Origin: Burkholderiales bacterium
Lineage (GTDB): Bacteria; Pseudomonadota; Gammaproteobacteria; Burkholderiales; SG8-39
Length of the DNA: 64,000 nucleotides
NCBI GenBank assembly: GCA_036274735.1
Contig: DASUFD010000053.1
Location: 19,587 to 83,586, forward strand
Direction of reading: 5' to 3'
Shown here: in pieces, positions 61,874 to 64,000 of the stretch
How the letters are laid out: the number at the start of each line of letters is the position of its first letter
How positions within the stretch are numbered: the first letter of the stretch is position 1
The notes under the pieces: model-generated
The model's database searches: none
What the model was told of the DNA's origin: nothing
What the model saw: only the letters and a program-made list of their open reading frames with translations
Program-made: the position numbers and the translations under genes

Positions 61874-63949
61874 TCAGGCACTGGGGACCTTGAGTGCCGC
61901 CTCCAGGCTAAACTTCCGGCTTAATGCCTCCTTCCACCGGTCGCCCGTCTGGCGCAGACGGTCGGCGGCGTTGGTGAGCCGAAAGTCCAGTGGATGCGCT
62001 CCCGCGAGCTCCTCCCAGGTAAGCGGCATCGAGACCGGGGCGCCCGCCGCTCCGCGCGGCGAGTAGGCGACGTTCAGGGTCTTGCCGCGCACGTTCATGT
62101 TGTAGTCCATGAATATCTTGCCGGTGCGCCTGGGCACGCTCCACTCCATGGTGATGTCCTTCGGATGACGCCGCATGAGGTGCCGGCCGACCAGCTCCGA
62201 AACCTCGCGCGCGGCGTCGAAGTCGATGGTGCGACGGATGGGTACAAAAACGTGCAGCCCGGTTTTTCCGGAGGTCTTCACCACCGCGTCGAGGCTCATG
62301 CTCAGCAGAAGCTCACGCAGGCGGAAGGCGACTTCCTTGCCTTTTTCGAACGCTACGGTGTTGAGCTCCGGCTCCTCACCGGGCTTCTCCTTCCCGGAAT
62401 AGACGTACGGGTCGATGTCGAACACCACGTAGTCCGGATAGTTGAGCACCGACGCCTCCAACGCGGCCAGCGAGCTCGCATATTCGGTCCTGCTGCTCTT
62501 CGCGTCGGGACCTGGCTTCGCACGCGAATGCCAGACGTGGAACTCTAGCGTGCCGGACTGGGCGAGCCAGAGCAGCGTCGGCAGATTGTTGCACAGGACA
62601 TAGCCGTGACTCTCGTCCTTGTGCTCGGAAAAGACCGTGATCGTCTCCACGAACGACGGCCGCGCCTGGTGCCAATGCTTCTGGAAGAAGCGCTGTCCCT
62701 CGATGCCCTCCGGCATCCGAATCATCGTCAACGGCCGGTCGGCCAGGTGCGGCAGCATGTAAGGCGAGACCTGCGCGAGGTAGCACAGCAGGTCGCGCTT
62801 GGTGAGGGCCGGTTGCTGGAGCGCACGGTCGGCAGGCCAGTACACTCGATCGAGATGGGTGAGGCGGATCTCATGGCCAGCTAGCGCGAGCGTGAACGCC
62901 GCCTTGCCGCTGCCGAGCTGCTCGAGGATGTCCGCGATCTCGCCCTTGGGTCTCGCCGCCGCGTCGCCGAGCGAAGGGCGGCGCACATCGGCGGCGGCGA
63001 TGTCATCGCGAAAACGGAGGAACACCGGCGCGCGCAGGCGGTGATCGTGCGTCCACCCCTGGAACTTGACTTCCGCCACGACCCTCGGTTCGACCCAGAC
63101 CGCGGGCGCGTTGAGCTCCGGATCTTCCGAGAATGGGTTGGTCTTGCGCTGCAGCGAGGCGAGAAGAAGCTTCGCCTCGGCGAGGCTGCGTGCGTCGAAG
63201 CCCGAGCCGACATGCGATGCGAAGTGAAGCTCGCCGTCCTGCCAATAGCCGACCAGCAAAGCCCCGAGCGAGGCGCGCGACCCCTTGCCCCTCGTATAGC
63301 CGCCGACAGCGAAATCGGCGCTGGCGAACGCCTTGATCTTCAGCCACGCGGCCGAGCGCTTGCCGGTTTCGTACACGCTGCTCTTGCGCTTGCCGATCAC
63401 GCCTTCGAAGCCGCTCGCCATCGCCGCCTTCTGCAGCGCAAGGCCGTCCTCACTCGCGTGCACAAGCTGCACCCGCGCGGAAGGTAGAAGGCATTGCGCC
63501 AGATAGCGCCGGCGGTCCGCGTAGGCCGATTTGCGCAGGTCGATGCCTGCGAAGTTCAACAGATCGAAGGCGTAGAAGACAGCGCGCTCGGCCCCGCTTG
63601 CGCGGTTCTGCATCGCCGCGAACGACGGCTTGCCGCTCTCGTCGAGCGCCACGATCTCCCCATCGAGAATCATGCCGTTCACCGCCTGCGCGGAAAGCTC
63701 GCCGACCAGGCGGGGGAAATCCGCACCGAGCTCCAGGCCGCGGCGCGAACGCAGTCGCACACCCCCCGCATCGATGAAGGCAAGCGCCCGGTAGCCGTCG
63801 AGCTTCGGTTCCCACATCCATTCCGGGCTGTTGAACGCGGACTTGCCCAGCTCGGCGTGCATCGGCGTCAGCTTCTCGGGCAAGGAGCGCACGTCGCCGC
63901 CCGGCACCAATCGCTCTGCCGGGATGCGATGAATCGGCACCGCGCTCAT
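61874..63949 (-). CDS. ligD: ATP-dependent DNA ligase LigD, two-domain form (ligase + polymerase/primase, no phosphoesterase domain seen)
   Basis: ORF 691 aa. Ligase motif I 'EPKLDGYRA', 'LDGEIV', 'EGVIGKR', 'WLKIK'. C-terminal LigD-Pol region 'LTHLDRVYWP', 'PLTMIRMPEGI', 'FFQKH', 'DYVVFDIDP', 'KTSGKTGLHVFVP'. Confidence 0.9.
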   Translation of the reverse strand: MSAVPIHRIPAERLVPGGDVRSLPEKLTPMHAELGKSAFNSPEWMWEPKLDGYRALAFIDAGGVRLRSRRGLELGADFPRLVGELSAQAVNGMILDGEIVALDESGKPSFAAMQNRASGAERAVFYAFDLLNFAGIDLRKSAYADRRRYLAQCLLPSARVQLVHASEDGLALQKAAMASGFEGVIGKRKSSVYETGKRSAAWLKIKAFASADFAVGGYTRGKGSRASLGALLVGYWQDGELHFASHVGSGFDARSLAEAKLLLASLQRKTNPFSEDPELNAPAVWVEPRVVAEVKFQGWTHDHRLRAPVFLRFRDDIAAADVRRPSLGDAAARPKGEIADILEQLGSGKAAFTLALAGHEIRLTHLDRVYWPADRALQQPALTKRDLLCYLAQVSPYMLPHLADRPLTMIRMPEGIEGQRFFQKHWHQARPSFVETITVFSEHKDESHGYVLCNNLPTLLWLAQSGTLEFHVWHSRAKPGPDAKSSRTEYASSLAALEASVLNYPDYVVFDIDPYVYSGKEKPGEEPELNTVAFEKGKEVAFRLRELLLSMSLDAVVKTSGKTGLHVFVPIRRTIDFDAAREVSELVGRHLMRRHPKDITMEWSVPRRTGKIFMDYNMNVRGKTLNVAYSPRGAAGAPVSMPLTWEELAGAHPLDFRLTNAADRLRQTGDRWKEALSRKFSLEAALKVPSA

Positions 63950-64000
63950 TTCCTCAACCGTCGCCCCCGAGAGGACTGAGCGGTCTCTCGTCGTGAGATC

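Overview
This is a very GC-rich chromosomal segment. Its gene content and synteny look beta-/gammaproteobacterial: smc-zipA-ligA, queF-dapC-dapD-(pilU-like)-dapE-prmB, rimP-nusA-infB-rbfA-truB-rpsO-pnp, and trpS-scpA-scpB-rluB. I see no rRNA, CRISPR array, transposase or integrase.

The window falls into three parts:
- About 1-34 kb is tightly packed housekeeping DNA. It includes a His/Arg/Pro tRNA cluster and many 1-4 nt start/stop overlaps.
- About 34-48 kb is metabolic and transport accessory DNA. It holds a 1124-aa fused GltD-like/PyrK-like iron-sulfur flavoprotein, two MFS transporters, a Liv-type ABC system preceded by an apparent small ribbon-helix-helix ORF, a CDF transporter, a CoA-transferase and pncB.
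- About 48-64 kb is the most interesting part, a dense DNA-damage neighbourhood. It contains an SRAP/YedK-like gene, lexA with an SOS box, imuA-imuB-dnaE2 with a canonical SOS box, and ligD-ku.

Signalling genes are wedged into that neighbourhood:
- a sensor histidine kinase and a single-domain receiver directly downstream of lexA;
- a TPR protein, a stand-alone Hpt protein and a receiver/Ser-Thr-kinase fusion directly downstream of dnaE2;
- a class III adenylate cyclase with an FHA domain directly upstream of imuA;
- an HTH+TPR protein and a secreted thermonuclease-like protein appended to ligD-ku.

My best candidate for an undescribed system is this SOS-embedded phosphorelay/Ser-Thr-kinase/FHA-cyclase set. 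The link rests on gene order and motifs only.

Several accessory operons (lexA, imuA, Hpt, the small RHH ORF) have a TATAAT-like hexamer 6-9 nt upstream of an ATG with no Shine-Dalgarno sequence, which suggests leaderless mRNAs.

Most long ORFs in the supplied track that lie antisense to, or out of frame with, the genes below are Arg/Ala/Pro-rich GC artefacts and were rejected. All functional calls come from motif and family recognition by eye. No database search or computation was run.
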